A DNA stretch of 64,000 nt, from the NCBI GenBank assembly GCA_034780895.1, contig JAUZTB010000127.1, forward strand, positions 27,653,021 to 27,717,020. Reading direction: 5' to 3'. Numbering within the stretch: the stretch's first letter is position 1; each line of letters begins with the position of its first letter. The translations under genes were made by a program, and so were the position numbers. Shown one piece after another: positions 1-12,186 of this stretch. The stretch is from Rhynchobatus australiae. Taxonomy: Eukaryota. Below the pieces are notes generated by a model. The model ran no database searches, was not told the DNA's origin, and saw nothing but the letters and a program-made list of their open reading frames with translations.

Positions 1-1189
1 ACTGCAAATATCGTCCCATTATTTCCCTTTGTTAAAGAATTAACAGTGAGGGAGGGTTTGGATGCCCTGGGTACTCAGTGAACTATGGACTGCTATTTCG
101 TCTCTCTCCCTGGATTGAAATGCAGCTTGAGAAGAAAGGTCGGTGGCCACCTCTTTCTGTTCCTGAGATTATCTAAGACCCTCACTCTCTTCTCCTGAGC
201 TCATGGGGTCACCTCCAGTATACCCTAAGCTTCCTTTCCAGGGCATCTTCTAACTATATGCACCCACCTCTCAATGGCATCATTATTATGCATACTGATG
301 TTTTGGACTATTTTCCACTGTTAACCATAAGGATAAAACAATTCAATCCACTTTCTTTTTGGATATTATGACCTGAAGATCCAAAGCCACTTTGTAGTCA
401 TGTATTGATAAAACTAAAACACTCTCCTCAGCTCCCACAACACATATATTCCTCCAATCCTCAGACCTTCCGAGCTGCTTCTGTGGTTTAAGAAAAGTGA
501 GATGCAGCTCATTCTCATCCTCATCTTCCTTTTCCACTGGAGCTTTTCCCAAGACAACATCCTTTCAAAACATCCACATTCTCTTCTCTCACTTCTGTGG
601 AAGTCTGAGGCCATGCTGTTGTTGCCTTTGTGGCAGGATCTGCCATGAGTGCTCCCGTCCAACAAGCCAGAACATTAAATTTCATGGTCTATATCAGTAT
701 CAGGCCCAACTCCTCTCTCTTCCCACTTCCTNNNNNNNNNNCCTCGGTTTCTAGTGCACCAGAGAACTGATTGAGCATTCTGATGTTAATCTTCTAAATC
801 CCTAATTTTGGCCCTTAAGTATTCCTCTAGTTCAATCTAGCTACATGTCATTTCACACTCATCTAACTGCTCAATATCAGTCTGTTCCTTTTTTTCAGTC
901 AGGAACTTCCAACTTCTCTTTGTTCAAAGGCCTCTGTAAGATTGCGGTCTTCTCTTGGAGTTTCTCTTGGGTCTTCCCTTCTCCCTCTGGGCCTGAATTG
1001 TGAACTGAGAAATCTGGCTGTTTAGGTCATCTATAGATCTATAGAAGTGCATAAAAACACCTAGAACAGAAATGGGAAATTTCACAAGCAGAATGTTATT
1101 CCTCCAAATGCTGCAGTGGGGTCATGAACAAATTGTAGCCCTTCAGGAATAAAACACCACAGGCAAATCAAATAAATTACATAAAATTC

Positions 1190-1330
1190 ACAGTGAAGAA
1201 ACTGGCTGTTCGGCCCACAGGGCTCTGCTGGAGCTAATGGTCCACATCCACCTCTTTACATCAACATATTCATTTCTTCCTCCCTCCCTCACGTACTTAT
1301 CTAGTTTCCCTTTAAATATGTCACCCCCAA
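1190..1330 (-). mobile_element. CR1/HER1-type LINE 3' fragment
   Basis: Reverse-oriented CR1 tail (gaaactggctgttcggcccac...tacttatctagtttcccttta), similar to the longer copies at 36878 and 49620. Confidence 0.55.
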
Positions 1331-2269
1331 TGGACTCTACAACGACATAACTTCTGGGACTTGGGGACCTGCCCAGTGCCTGAATGAAAATCAGTGCTGC
1401 TCTGGTCTGGTGCAGTGTAGAGCAACATCTGCATAATATCACAGTGGGGTCTTGTTCCTGCAGATCTTCACTGCACAGTGATTTAGGAGCTGTGGGAGTG
1501 ATTGGGCAGGAGGCAGGCACATTCGGAATAAAGAAGCATTTGAAACTCAAATGTCAGCAAAGTGTGCTTTATCTCTCCAACTGCTGCTTTAGGCCCAGGG
1601 GAAGCAAAGTGAGAGGTACAATAAATACTACAGGATACATTTGGAATACTGACAATCTGCTTTCCCAGTGCAACCTGGAGGCAAAGACTTCCAGGCACTT
1701 GACAACGGTCAAGGTATTTTGCAACCAATGTCAGTGTCAGCCACCAATCACATCACTGCTTGCAGCTGGGAACATCTGGCTGTACCGGCAAAGAAAAAAA
1801 TTCTCCAACAGAGCTTTTGGAATCCTGCATCTGCTACCTGCGCAGGCAGCAGGCTTCTTCTACCAGGGTATTCCCTGTGGGGGTGGGGGTTGTGGTTGGA
1901 GGAAGGGATGGGGGATGAATCTGCAATGGTAAGTGCCTTAAGGCCATGATTTACTTCAATAATGCTGTTTACGTCAAGATCATAGTTCGACAAATCCTGA
2001 ATATCTGTACTATTCACAGGTATTGCTTTGTAAAAGATGCTACACTTGTGGATTGAAAGAAACATGAGGATATCTGTGCTGTGTCAAATATTTTGAAAGT
2101 GCACAACTTTTCCAATGTGGCAGATGTGATAGGGCACTTTTTACTCCCCAGGTTCTTCCTTTATTCTCTGATCTTTCTCACTTCTCCCCTCCAGGCTTCT
2201 GTTGCTGCCCCAGCTCAAATCAGCAGCTCGGTGCAAACAGTGACTTTTTCCAGGTTATATTTTTCTTAT

Positions 2270-2490
2270 TTACTAGCTCACAGAATATGGATGTCACTGG
2301 CAATGCCAGGATTTATTGTCCATCCCTAATTGCCCTGAACTCAGGAGGAAGTTAAAGTCAACGCATTGTAGGTCTGCAGTAAGACTGGGTAAAACATGTC
2401 TGAATGTTATGGACATCAATGAATCATGTCAGTTTAAAATATAAAATATAAAAAATAGTTTTGTGCATACCATTACTCATATTCATCCTC
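2270..2490 (-). mobile_element. Decayed elasmobranch SINE fragment with LINE-derived tail
   Basis: ggatgtcactggcaatgccaggatttattgtccatccctaattgccctga is shared with the element at 6970. Related pieces lie at 9800-10030 and 34270-34650. Confidence 0.5.
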
Positions 2491-4649
2491 AGTTCTGAGG
2501 AACTGCCTTGGAAGAAGAGGAAGAGTACCATTTTATCGGATTTATTTCACCATTTGCATTTAAATTTCTCAGTTGTCAGTTGGATTTGAGACAATGTCTT
2601 TGGATCAATGATCCAAGCCCCTGAATACTTCTCCAAAGCAAACAATATGCTGTTGTACACATGAGCAATGAAAGGTGTAACTAATCACTGATGTCTTCCG
2701 CACTTACCTCTGCCAATCTGATACTGGTGAGCACCAGGGAGCAGGACATGGATATTCCAGGGCTTGCCCCAGCAAGGGGTAAGAATTCATGAAAGGAAGC
2801 CACAAGCCTAAACTATGCATGGAGCCCATTATCCCCAGGGAAGAGGAGTCAATTTCTTCCATTTGGCAGGCTAAAGTTCTAGGTTAAGATGTACACTGGC
2901 CCTATCTAGGCCCCAGACCTGACATAAGGCTTCATGCTTTTCTCCCAGGTCACTAACAACCTACTCAATCCGAGATTAGGAATGGAAATGTTCCTGTCCT
3001 GGAAGACTCTCTGGGTCTTGGCCACATTCCCATCTGATGTATATCACATTATATGGAGTTGACCTGTGGTGGGTCTAAGTCAGACGGACTGCAGACTTTT
3101 TATCCCATGTTATCTTCACCATCAGATGTATGTGGACTTAAATATGAGAATTTAAACAGTAAATTATTTTGAGTTTCTGGGATATGGATTGATAACAAGC
3201 AAAAACACACAAGCATTGAGTTATGTGCTTCTCTCCTTTATTTGGTGGAATCACTTCAAACTGAATCGGTTCCAGATTCTGGTTCAGCTCTTGTTGCTGT
3301 AAGAATTTGCAGTATTTACATTCTGGAGCAGGAATAGCTGCACGCGCACAATGCCAAGAGAATTATCTGTAACTGGCCAGCAATGCTACAAAAAAACATA
3401 TGCAAAATCCACCATACCAGCTGTGCAGTCTGTCTAATGGGATAATAATGAGAAGTGGGAACTGGAGCTGATAGTTCCACAGGCTGCGACAGAGGGAGGG
3501 GATAAGAAGGTAGTCATGGCTTCTTCTGTGGTTCCTTGGGAATGTGCCATGAAAAGGGCAGTGGGAGGCAGGAGGTAAAAGGGCAGGTGTTGCATCTCCT
3601 GTACTCCCTTACTCACATCATGGACTGGTTCAAATCAAGCGCAGCACCAGGAGAAAATCTGTGATCTCCTTGCCCTTTTAAAACCTGGGCTTGTGCTAAT
3701 CAGTGCAGTACATACAAGTTACAGCACAGAGATATGGCAGACAGGCTGACATGAGCGGCCAGAACTTTATTTACCTTATCAAGACTTTTTTCTTTTCCCT
3801 TTCTGACACTAAACCAGCTTCTTCTTGGACACATAATGCTACTTGTTCCAATCGCAGTGACTTCCTTATTCATAGCCCTCCCAAAGTAAGAAGTTTCTGC
3901 TGAATTCCTTATTGGATTTATTATTATCCTCAGTACTGGCTCTTCCACAAGTGGAAATATCTTTCCCCTAACTACCCCATTAAAATGCTTCATAATTTTT
4001 TGGACCTTTATGTTACTTCTAGCCAGTAGGACCCAAACCTTCCAAGCATTTCTTCATGATTGTATCCTTTTAGCTAAAAGAAAAAAAAGCTTTAGATTGC
4101 TTGCCTGTATGGTTTAAACTTTCAGTTTGTCCTCAAACAACATGGAATGCCCAACGGAGGGGATTTATAGAAAGCTTTCATTGAGATTCCGAATGAAAGG
4201 CTGCTTCATAAGCTTAAATATTAAAGCAATTACAGTACAAGCTGATTGCACCTCATGGACTCTCCATTCCCTTGATTTTCACGTCCCAATCACAACTCTG
4301 TAACTGCACAGCAGCCAATTTGCTAGTTGAGAAAAACTGCCTGATTTAGCTTTGACCATCCTGGTAGTTATGATACAAGGCTCTGGAATTGTTCACTGAT
4401 CAATCTCTCTCAATTAGCCTGCAATCCTCACAGAAATGTCGAGGTGTGAACAGAAGTCCGAAAATCATCTGTTACCCAAGCATTCTACCCTTGCCCCAAC
4501 ATGTCTCCACATACTTTCCATTTGCCTCCACCTCCAGTGCAGGTGTCTCTTCATATCTGGTCCACTGGTCATTGATGTTCCTACAGACCCTTCAGTACAG
4601 ATTCTGTTGTTGGCTCTTCTACCCATCCTTTCCAGTCCCCATCGCAAAC

Positions 4650-5420
4650 TCTGTACCCTAATCAATTACTCCATCTTCTACCCAACATCTCTCTGAAGCT
4701 CAACAAGACTGCTTTTGTCCTTCTTATCATATTCCATCCTGGTTTAACCTCTGACTTCCAGATCTGTGCTAGCACTAGGACTACCTTCACCTCTGCAGCC
4801 TCAGCCTACCCTGGCCCTGCCTTAGCACATCTGCTGCTGAATCCCTCATAGTTGTTTTGTAATCTTTAGACTTAATTATTCTAAAACCTCCTGGTTCTAC
4901 TATCCAAAAGTATGAGGCCATCCAAATAATTTGCTGTAAGTGTTCTGACTTGCATTGAGTCCTATTCAGTGACCTGTGTCTGTCGATTTAGGCTGGATCT
5001 GATTAAGTTACGCCTGTTTTCAAATTCTCATCCGTAATTTCAACTGACTCCCCCCCCCGCCCCCCAACCCATGGACTCAAAACTCTCTATCCCTGAAATA
5101 TCTTCTAGCTCCACAACCCTCCGAGCTTTTTCAATTCTGATCCCTGAATTTTAAATGTTTTGCCTGTGACAGCCTTGAATTCTGTTTCTCGTGATCTCAA
5201 CCTCTGGGATCCTCTTCCTAAAGCTCCACGTCTTTTACCATCTATTTTATTACTTAAGATGCTTCTTAAAAATCTATTCTTTTGACCATTTTCTTGGTCA
5301 TCTGCTCTGATGCCTACTTAGATGGTTTGACATCACTTTCTATTAATAATACTCCTATGAAGTACCTTGAGATGTTTTGAATTAATTAAGGTGTCATATA
5401 AAGAAAAATTGTTGTTGTTG
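4650..5420 (+). mobile_element. Decayed L2-clade LINE 3' end
   Basis: Remnant of the IHAFVTSRLDYSN-coding segment near 4840-4890, plus an L2-type tail (tcctatgaagtaccttgagatgtttt...gttgttgttg). Similar tails near 24830-24960 and 46540-46830. Confidence 0.6.
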
Positions 5421-6579
5421 GCAGCCCGCCTATTCCACCTTTTGCTCTTTCTCTCTGGACAATCAAAGTCATTCCTACTTCAAGTGACTTTCTTTTGGTT
5501 GTGAGGTTATGATCTCTAAGACTAGTTTGGATGCCACTGGCTGACAGTGACCTTGGTAATAGCAAGACACCAGTGGCTGGATGATCTGGCAAAGTTGAAA
5601 GCAAACTAGACCCCATCTCCAGACTCCTGAGCTGTGTGGTAAAATATGCCAAGCTGTGCAATGTCTTCTGCCAAGTGCTACTACATGCTGGGATCCTACT
5701 GTCCATGATGTTGTGAAGAATGGGCCTGGCCACTCAGTTGGACCTTGTTGCACCACATGCACCTTGAAGAAAATTTTGTGCNNNNNNNNNNNNNNNNNNN
5801 NNNNNNNNNNNNNNNNNNNNNNNNNNNNNNNNNNNNNNNNNNNNNNNNNNNNNNNNNNNNNNNNNNNNNNNNNNNNNNNNNNNNNNNNNNNNNNNNNNNN
5901 NNNNNNNNNNNNNNNNNNNNNNNNNNNNNNNNNNNNNNNNNNNNNNNNNNNNNNNNNNNNNNNNNNNNNNNNNNNNNNNNNNNNNNNNNNNNNNNNNNNN
6001 NNNNNNNNNNNNNNNNNNCAAATGGAGTGAGAACAGCAAGACCCCTTTGAAAGTCTGAGATTTCCCTGTTCACATAAGTAGCCTTCAAAATCATTTTGAA
6101 TTGTCATCCCTTTGCTCCCTGCAATAAAGTTATGCACCACTGCTCAAGGACCCTGCTGCTGGTGATGACTGATTGGTGGCTCACAACTGCCTAACCCGTC
6201 TGGGTGGTTAGGTCTCACTGACCTTTCTAATCCGTATTGCTCAGCAGTTTGTGGGCAAACATATTGGTAATTAAGGGACCATGCTCTGTGTATTCAAATT
6301 ATAATTGCACTTCTGTGCATCATAAAATTGTATAACAAACTTGCATTATACTGAACTTTTAATGTAGAAGACCTCATTGAACCATTCCAGAATAAGATTT
6401 GACACCAAGCCACTTAAGACTATTTTAGGTTTAATAAGGTGTTGGGAAGGATATGAAAGCAGTAGTACCATGCATAGTTAAAAATGAGGTGTCAAGTTGT
6501 GAGAGCTGCAACTCAGAACTCTGTGCATGCTAAGTAACAAAAGTCGTGTGCAATTGCCAAAATTATGTGAGCCCACAAT

Positions 6580-6950
6580 CAACAGGATAGAGCAAACTCT
6601 GCAGTTCTGCTACATCTAGTCATGAGAGGTGGTGGAATTAAACACATAATAAGAGGAGGAGGTCCTCAAAACATGCCCAACCTTAGTGACAGCAGAGACC
6701 AGGACATGAGTGACAATGACAAGGCTGAAACATTTGAGGCCATCATCAGCCAAAATGCCCCGTAAATTATCCACCTCCAGTTCCTCCTGGGTCCCTGACG
6801 TTACTGAAGCCAGCCTTCAATTAGTTCAATTCATTCCACATAATACTAAGAAACAGCTGAGAGTCTTGAATAAAACAAACTGCATCGGACCAACCAACAA
6901 TACAGATGAGATACTCCAGAACCAGCCCTGTGTTTAGCTGAGCTGTTCCT
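6580..6950 (+). mobile_element. Decayed LINE ORF2 fragment upstream of the RT domain (CR1 group)
   Basis: Frameshifted translation gives WW..IK..I.GGG..N.P.L.D...DKAE.F...ISQ..., KKQLRVLNKT and GP.N, which is typical pre-RT LINE sequence. Confidence 0.6.
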
Positions 6951-6964
6951 TACAGTACTTATGT

Positions 6965-7280
6965 ACTTATTCATTTTTCGGAATCTGGATGTTGCTGACA
7001 TGGCCAGCATTTATTGTTTATTCCTAATTGCCTTTGAGAAGGTGTTAGCGAACCACCTTCTTGAACTACTGTAGTCCTTCTGGTGAATGCATGCCCACAA
7101 TGTCCTTACAAGGGTTCAGAGCCAGCAGCAACGAAGAAAGGATGATATACTTTCTTGTCAGGATTGTGTGCGACTTGGATGGGAATCTTCAAATGGTGGT
7201 GTTTCCGAGTGTTTGCAGCCCTTTTCCTTCTTAATAATGAATGCATGTTTTTGGATGTTTTGTTGGGTCTACTGAAGAAT
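6965..7280 (-). mobile_element. LINE 3' end; same family near 17550-17940, with related pieces at 21270-21500, 49400-49620 and 60950-61500
   Basis: ggccagcatttattg..tcctaattgcctttgagaaggtg...ccttcttgaac is a recurrent shark/ray LINE tail. Its body is similar to 17550-17700. Confidence 0.55.
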
Positions 7281-8267
7281 TCAGTAAATGAGCCAAATGC
7301 CTTTCTCTAATGAAACAATTTGCACAGCATCAAATCTCTGATGCCTTGTATTTTTTTCGTCGCTGGTCTTCTGTCATCAGGATTTATTTAGAACTGTGTC
7401 TCTGGGATGATATGCCTGGGGTTGCAGGAATGCAACAAGTCAATGTTTTGTGGCAGACACAGAAATCTGATGTCTGAAGTTGACATGGAAGCACTTAAAG
7501 GTGCTGGCTCATTAATGAAACCTGGGAGAATCTTCCCAGTAAGCTGCAGAAACCTATAAAATTAAGTCCTAACAGGCAGTGTGGTCCCAACCGAACCAGC
7601 TCTGAACTAATAAGGTGCATGATGCAGACACTGCCCCCTGAGTCCCACAACTCCAGGTTCATGATCAGTCAATAAAACAACCATTTCCTCTTATTTCATG
7701 CCTTGACTTAGAGCTCCAGCATAAATGAGGCCAGATTTCATTTACATTTCTAGTTAATCTGACTTTGAAAGAGCAGTGGAACCAGGAATGGCATTTCTTT
7801 GACTGGATTGGTGTAGTTTCCACGTACCTCCATGGTGGACTATGGAGGCTCAGCATCAACTCCCTAGCTACTTATTGTGACTAACCTCCAGCATAATGAG
7901 ACCCAGGCAGTGTCATTGCCCTCATTCAAGATTGTTTAAGTCTAATAATAGTCAGGTGTACACTTCATATCAGACAACTAAGCACTCTGAATGAGTAACT
8001 GGATTTAGAGACTCACATGGAGATAGGTTTCTACAAATAAGGGTAAACAGACCAAACAATGCATTGCTCAGATGCTCAGCCTGAAGTTGGAGCTGCATTT
8101 TTCAAATCTTGGAGATCTTGTAAACCTCCAAGATGGAGGGCTGGAATTGTTTACTAATAAGAAGCTGGAAGCCAGCCAACCAGCATATTAGCAAGTCGGG
8201 TGCCAACGTGTGAAACAGTTGTTAGGCTTTGCATTAGGGTTAGTCAGGAAGAAAAGACTGATCTCTT

Positions 8268-8575
8268 GGGGGCAGCACACTGGTGCAGTTTGTAGTGCTG
8301 CTACCTCTTAGCTCCAGTGACCCCAGATTCAACCCTGATCTCTAGTGCTGTCTGTTTGGAGCTTGCATGACTATATGGGTTTCTTCTGTGTGCTCCATTT
8401 TCCTTCTACATCGCCAAGATGTGCTTTTTAGTTGGTTGATTGGTTGTTGTAAATTGTTGCTAGTGTGCAGGTAAGTAAAGTTGGTGGGAACGTGGGAGAA
8501 AATTAGTGGAGAATGGAATTGCTCTGTGAGCCAGCATAGACTCGATGGGCCAACACGGCCTCCTTCTATGTCATA
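8268..8575 (+). mobile_element. Old V-SINE (HE1-like, tRNA-derived)
   Basis: tRNA-like head, V-domain remnant (tgggtttcttctgtgtgctccattttccttc) and CR1-derived tail (gactcgatgggccaacacggcctccttct). Confidence 0.7.
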
Positions 8576-9799
8576 TGGAGATATGGAAAAACAAGTGCAA
8601 GTATCCAGAGAGAATAATAATACATCACTATAAAAAAAAGTTTTCTTTCATCTTCTTACAGATGAAATTGAGGATAAAGAGCTTAAATGGAAGGGGAGTT
8701 GGCAGTGGAAGGTCATGTGATGAAGTAAGGCCAACTGCTGTTGGCAATCTTAATTTGCATATGTGCTAAGGTATTTAATATATAGATGATACAATCCAAG
8801 GTACCCACAACCCAGTGCCCAACAGGCCTGCAACACATCTGAGACAAAAACAAAAATAAAAAGAGGCAAATAATCCAGGGAAGTCTTTTTGTTGTTTCTG
8901 GGTCCTCTGACACATCAAAGCCTCAAGTAGATGAAGGTATATAAATGGATCTTCCCCAGTTGTGCTTAAGTTGGTACCTGCCTGAATCCATGCCACAAGT
9001 CGATTATAAATTACATCAAACTCCATGACCTGGTTGAGAGATTCTGCACAAAGGAGGCCAAAGACAGTTAATTTTAGTGCCAATCTGACCTTACATAAGC
9101 AATATAACAGTTCTTTGACTGACATTCCTTCCCCTACCTGTCCTACTTACACTAATTTGTTATTTTTAGCAAAGGTGGACTCGTTCATCGTAATACTCTT
9201 GTCTTGTCAAGGTCATTTGCAAATATTGTGAACAGCTGGATTCCAAGTGCCTATCCTTTTGGGACGCCAGCAGTCATTGCAGCTCATTCACAACAATCCT
9301 CTGCTTTCTCGTGAACTAATTTTCCATCCAATTTGTCACTTCACCATTGATTTTATTGAGCCTTTATTTTTGCTCTTCTTAAAGAGTGAAGTTACTCTAT
9401 TGAATCATTCCACTTTCTTTCCCCACTCCCAGCAAAAGGGGAACTTTCAGCCAAAGAACTTCTCTCCAAACTAAAATCCACCTTTCAGTTGCTTTTGTAA
9501 AAAGAACAGATTTTCCAGCATTTTCTGTTTTTTCTTTCAGATTTCCAGCACCTGAAGAAAACATTTTGATTTCCAGGTGCTTTGCAGCTGGCAAAGTACC
9601 CTTGAAAGTGGAAATCACTATTGTAATGAAGCAAATGTGATAGCTGATCCGTAAACACCAAACTCCCATAAACACCAACGAGATTGTAGTTGGATAGTCT
9701 GCTTTTTAGTAATGGTAAGAGTGAGCTTCTTTGAAATGGCTCCATGTGATCTTTGGGCTGAAAGGGACTTTGCTTAACTACTTACCTGAGGGGACAGGT

Positions 9800-10030
9800 A
9801 AGAAGTAACCACAGTGATGGATCTGGAATCACATGCAGACCAGACCAGTTAAGGATGGCAGATTTCCCCAGAAGGGCTTTAGTGAACTAGATAGCTCTTA
9901 AAAGAAAAAAAAATCTAGATTTATTTATTTACTTGAATTTAAGCTCCCTAGCCAGCATGGTTGGATACAAACTCACATCTCTGGATCAATGTCCAGAACT
10001 TTAGTTGCTCGTCCAGTAATCACTACACCT
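9800..10030 (-). mobile_element. tRNA-derived elasmobranch SINE fragment
   Basis: Reverse-complement similarity to 34270-34650 (ccagaccagttaaggatggcagatttcc...ttagtgaac...gtccagtaatcactac). Confidence 0.55.
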
Positions 10031-12049
10031 GAGGAGTACACATAGCTAATAACTAAAATACTTCTGGATTGTCTTGGGTAAATCCTGTCAGGGCACTTCA
10101 TTTTACATCTGGATTAATGGTGAACATTGGTCACCTAGATCCAAGTGAGCATGGTTAGTAAACTGGGTATTATGTAATTTTTTTTCCCTCAGAGGTTATT
10201 TGTGTATAACTACATTAATATATCAAAGTCTCTGCTAAATCAATACCTGATTCAAATTATTTTAGACTCCCTTAAACATTTGGATGAAAATAATCTGAAA
10301 AATATTTTAGTAAATAAACCTCCCTCCTGGTGAACTGGCTGATATTTATTCCTTAACCAAAGTATGAGAAAGCCAAATATCCAGTTCTTATCTTCCAGAA
10401 GCTGATGAGCACAAACTGCCTGCAAATTAATTCTTTTAACATGGAGTGACCATCTGACTGAGGGAGGGCTTGGTCCGATGATAAAGGGGTCCAAGACGAT
10501 CGGAAACCAGGCCCTCTTCCACAGATTTAGCACGAGACACATGCTCGCACATGATCTTGCACAGACCCTCTTCCTGGATCCTACTGTCTTACCTCCCACT
10601 ATTCTGGTCTGTTCCTGCCTTTCCTTCAATCCTTGATTTCCCTACTTCCTCTGACTGCCTCCCTCTAGCCTCCTCACTCCTTCAGTCGACCACACAGTGT
10701 CCTCCCCCTTCCCATCTTTTACCCTCGTTGGTTTCCCCTGCACTCTCCCCTGCCAGCTGCCTGGTGCTGCCTGATTATAGCATATCGCGGTCTCCCAATG
10801 CTCGTCAGGCAGATTGGTGAGTCCAGTGTGCAATTTCCCAGACAACTGAGGTGGATTCTTCCCACAATAGTGGGAGCATTGCAGTCGGCTGCCATCATCA
10901 CTCAACATTTCCTACACTACAACAATAACTACACTGTAAAACAATCTTGTGAAACTTAAAGAAAGCCTAGCTCAGACACTCATCATTTTCAAGACCATAC
11001 ATTTTCATTTTCTTCAGGGCATTTTTAAATGTTTCTTTTTTTTTGGATGATTGCGTTTACTGGAAGCTAGTTTCCCATAAACACCAGCAAATATTTGCTA
11101 ACTATATTGGACTCCCTCCAGAGAGAATTTTGCCAGTGAATACAGAGGGAGCCTGAATGGAGTCCTGTTCTTTTANNNNNNNNNNNNNNNNAGGCAGTTT
11201 TGGGAGCATTTCTGCTCCATATTTACCAGCATGTTGACATTGTGGAATGCCTCATGGATGATTTAGTAACATGACATCTGCATCAAAAACACATTGTGGA
11301 TGAAAGGTCAGGGAAGATGTGACCCACCAATACCACGGGAATGAAAATGGCTAAGTTCAGACGTTCCATTTTTGGTAAACATGAAACAAGTTTATTTTTA
11401 AAGTTCTGTATTGAACATTTTTTTTTGCTGACGGCTTAAGGAACTTAACATCACCATCCCTATACTCCTGAATAGAGCTGCCACCTCTGCTTCACTTTGA
11501 CTGCACATTTAGATTCCACCAGCCGTTCAAGGACTTCCTCATTCACAGGATCTCTCTTCCAGGAAGGGGAGGGTATACGTATCAACCAGAGTCCACCTTT
11601 TAATCAGTGGAGGATTACCAGGCATCTAATCAGTGCCTGGTAACCCTCACTCAAATACACGCAAATGGGATTGGGCAATATTGATCATTAGCTGCTGATA
11701 CAGAATGACTGGTTGTTTTTCAGAGACGCCTGCTCTACCCTTATATGGGTGGCTGCAGCCCTATAAAGCACCCAACTCCTCACCTGAAATCACAGGTATA
11801 AACAGGTAACATTCATTATTTATTTCCTTACCTTATTGAAACAGGAAGAGCAGAGGGGGGGATGATGAATGGGAAAGGGCGAATATAGACTGAAAGCTCC
11901 TACCTCCTCCAGAGCAACATACAGTCTACCATCTCTTCCCTCTTGCCTCTTGCCTTCCAGCCCCCTCTGCACTTTCCTTCAGACCAGCTTGAGAATGTCC
12001 CAGTTGGTGCACATTGTGTCTCCACAGTTGCACATTTGTCCGCACATTG

Positions 12050-12085
12050 ATTCCTGATGAAGGGTCTCGGCCCGAAACGTCGACT
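12050..12085 (+). ncRNA. Minimal type I hammerhead ribozyme motif (Penelope-associated)
   Basis: CUGAUGA at 12054-12060, extra A, stem II GGGU-CUCG-GCCC, GAAA at 12074-12077, palindromic ACGU stem III, GUC site at 12079-12081. Stem I (AUUC/GACU) has one mismatch. Confidence 0.6.
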
Positions 12086-12186
12086 GTTCATTTCCCTCCA
12101 TAGATGCTGCCTGACCTGCTGAGTTTCTCCAGCATTTTGTGTGTGATGCTCTAGATTTCCAGCATCTGCAGTCTCTCTGGTGTCCA
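12050..12186 (+). mobile_element. Young Penelope-like terminal-repeat fragment beginning at a hammerhead motif
   Basis: ctgatgaagggtctcggcccgaaacgtcgactg...agatgctgcctgacctgctgag...agatttccagcatctgcag. The same repeat caps the GIY-YIG remnant at 60445-60550, and its CpGs are retained. Confidence 0.8.

Noticed and set aside
100-1010. Minus-strand purine-rich sequence vaguely resembling a decayed Gypsy gag region
   Set aside because: Multiple stops and no diagnostic motif I can name with confidence.
1384-1932. 182-aa ORF
   Set aside because: No homology or coding-like composition, and it overlaps a probable RTE remnant.
5386-6140. LHSLAYFTTQL, resembling an LTR-retroelement RNase H PVAYFS motif
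   Set aside because: A single weak motif, interrupted by a gap, with the other hint on the opposite strand.
9781-9802. CTTACCTG-AGGGGA-CAGGTAAG: two outward-facing consensus splice donors forming an 8-bp inverted repeat
   Set aside because: 8-bp arms arise by chance in 64 kb, and no associated exon could be supported.
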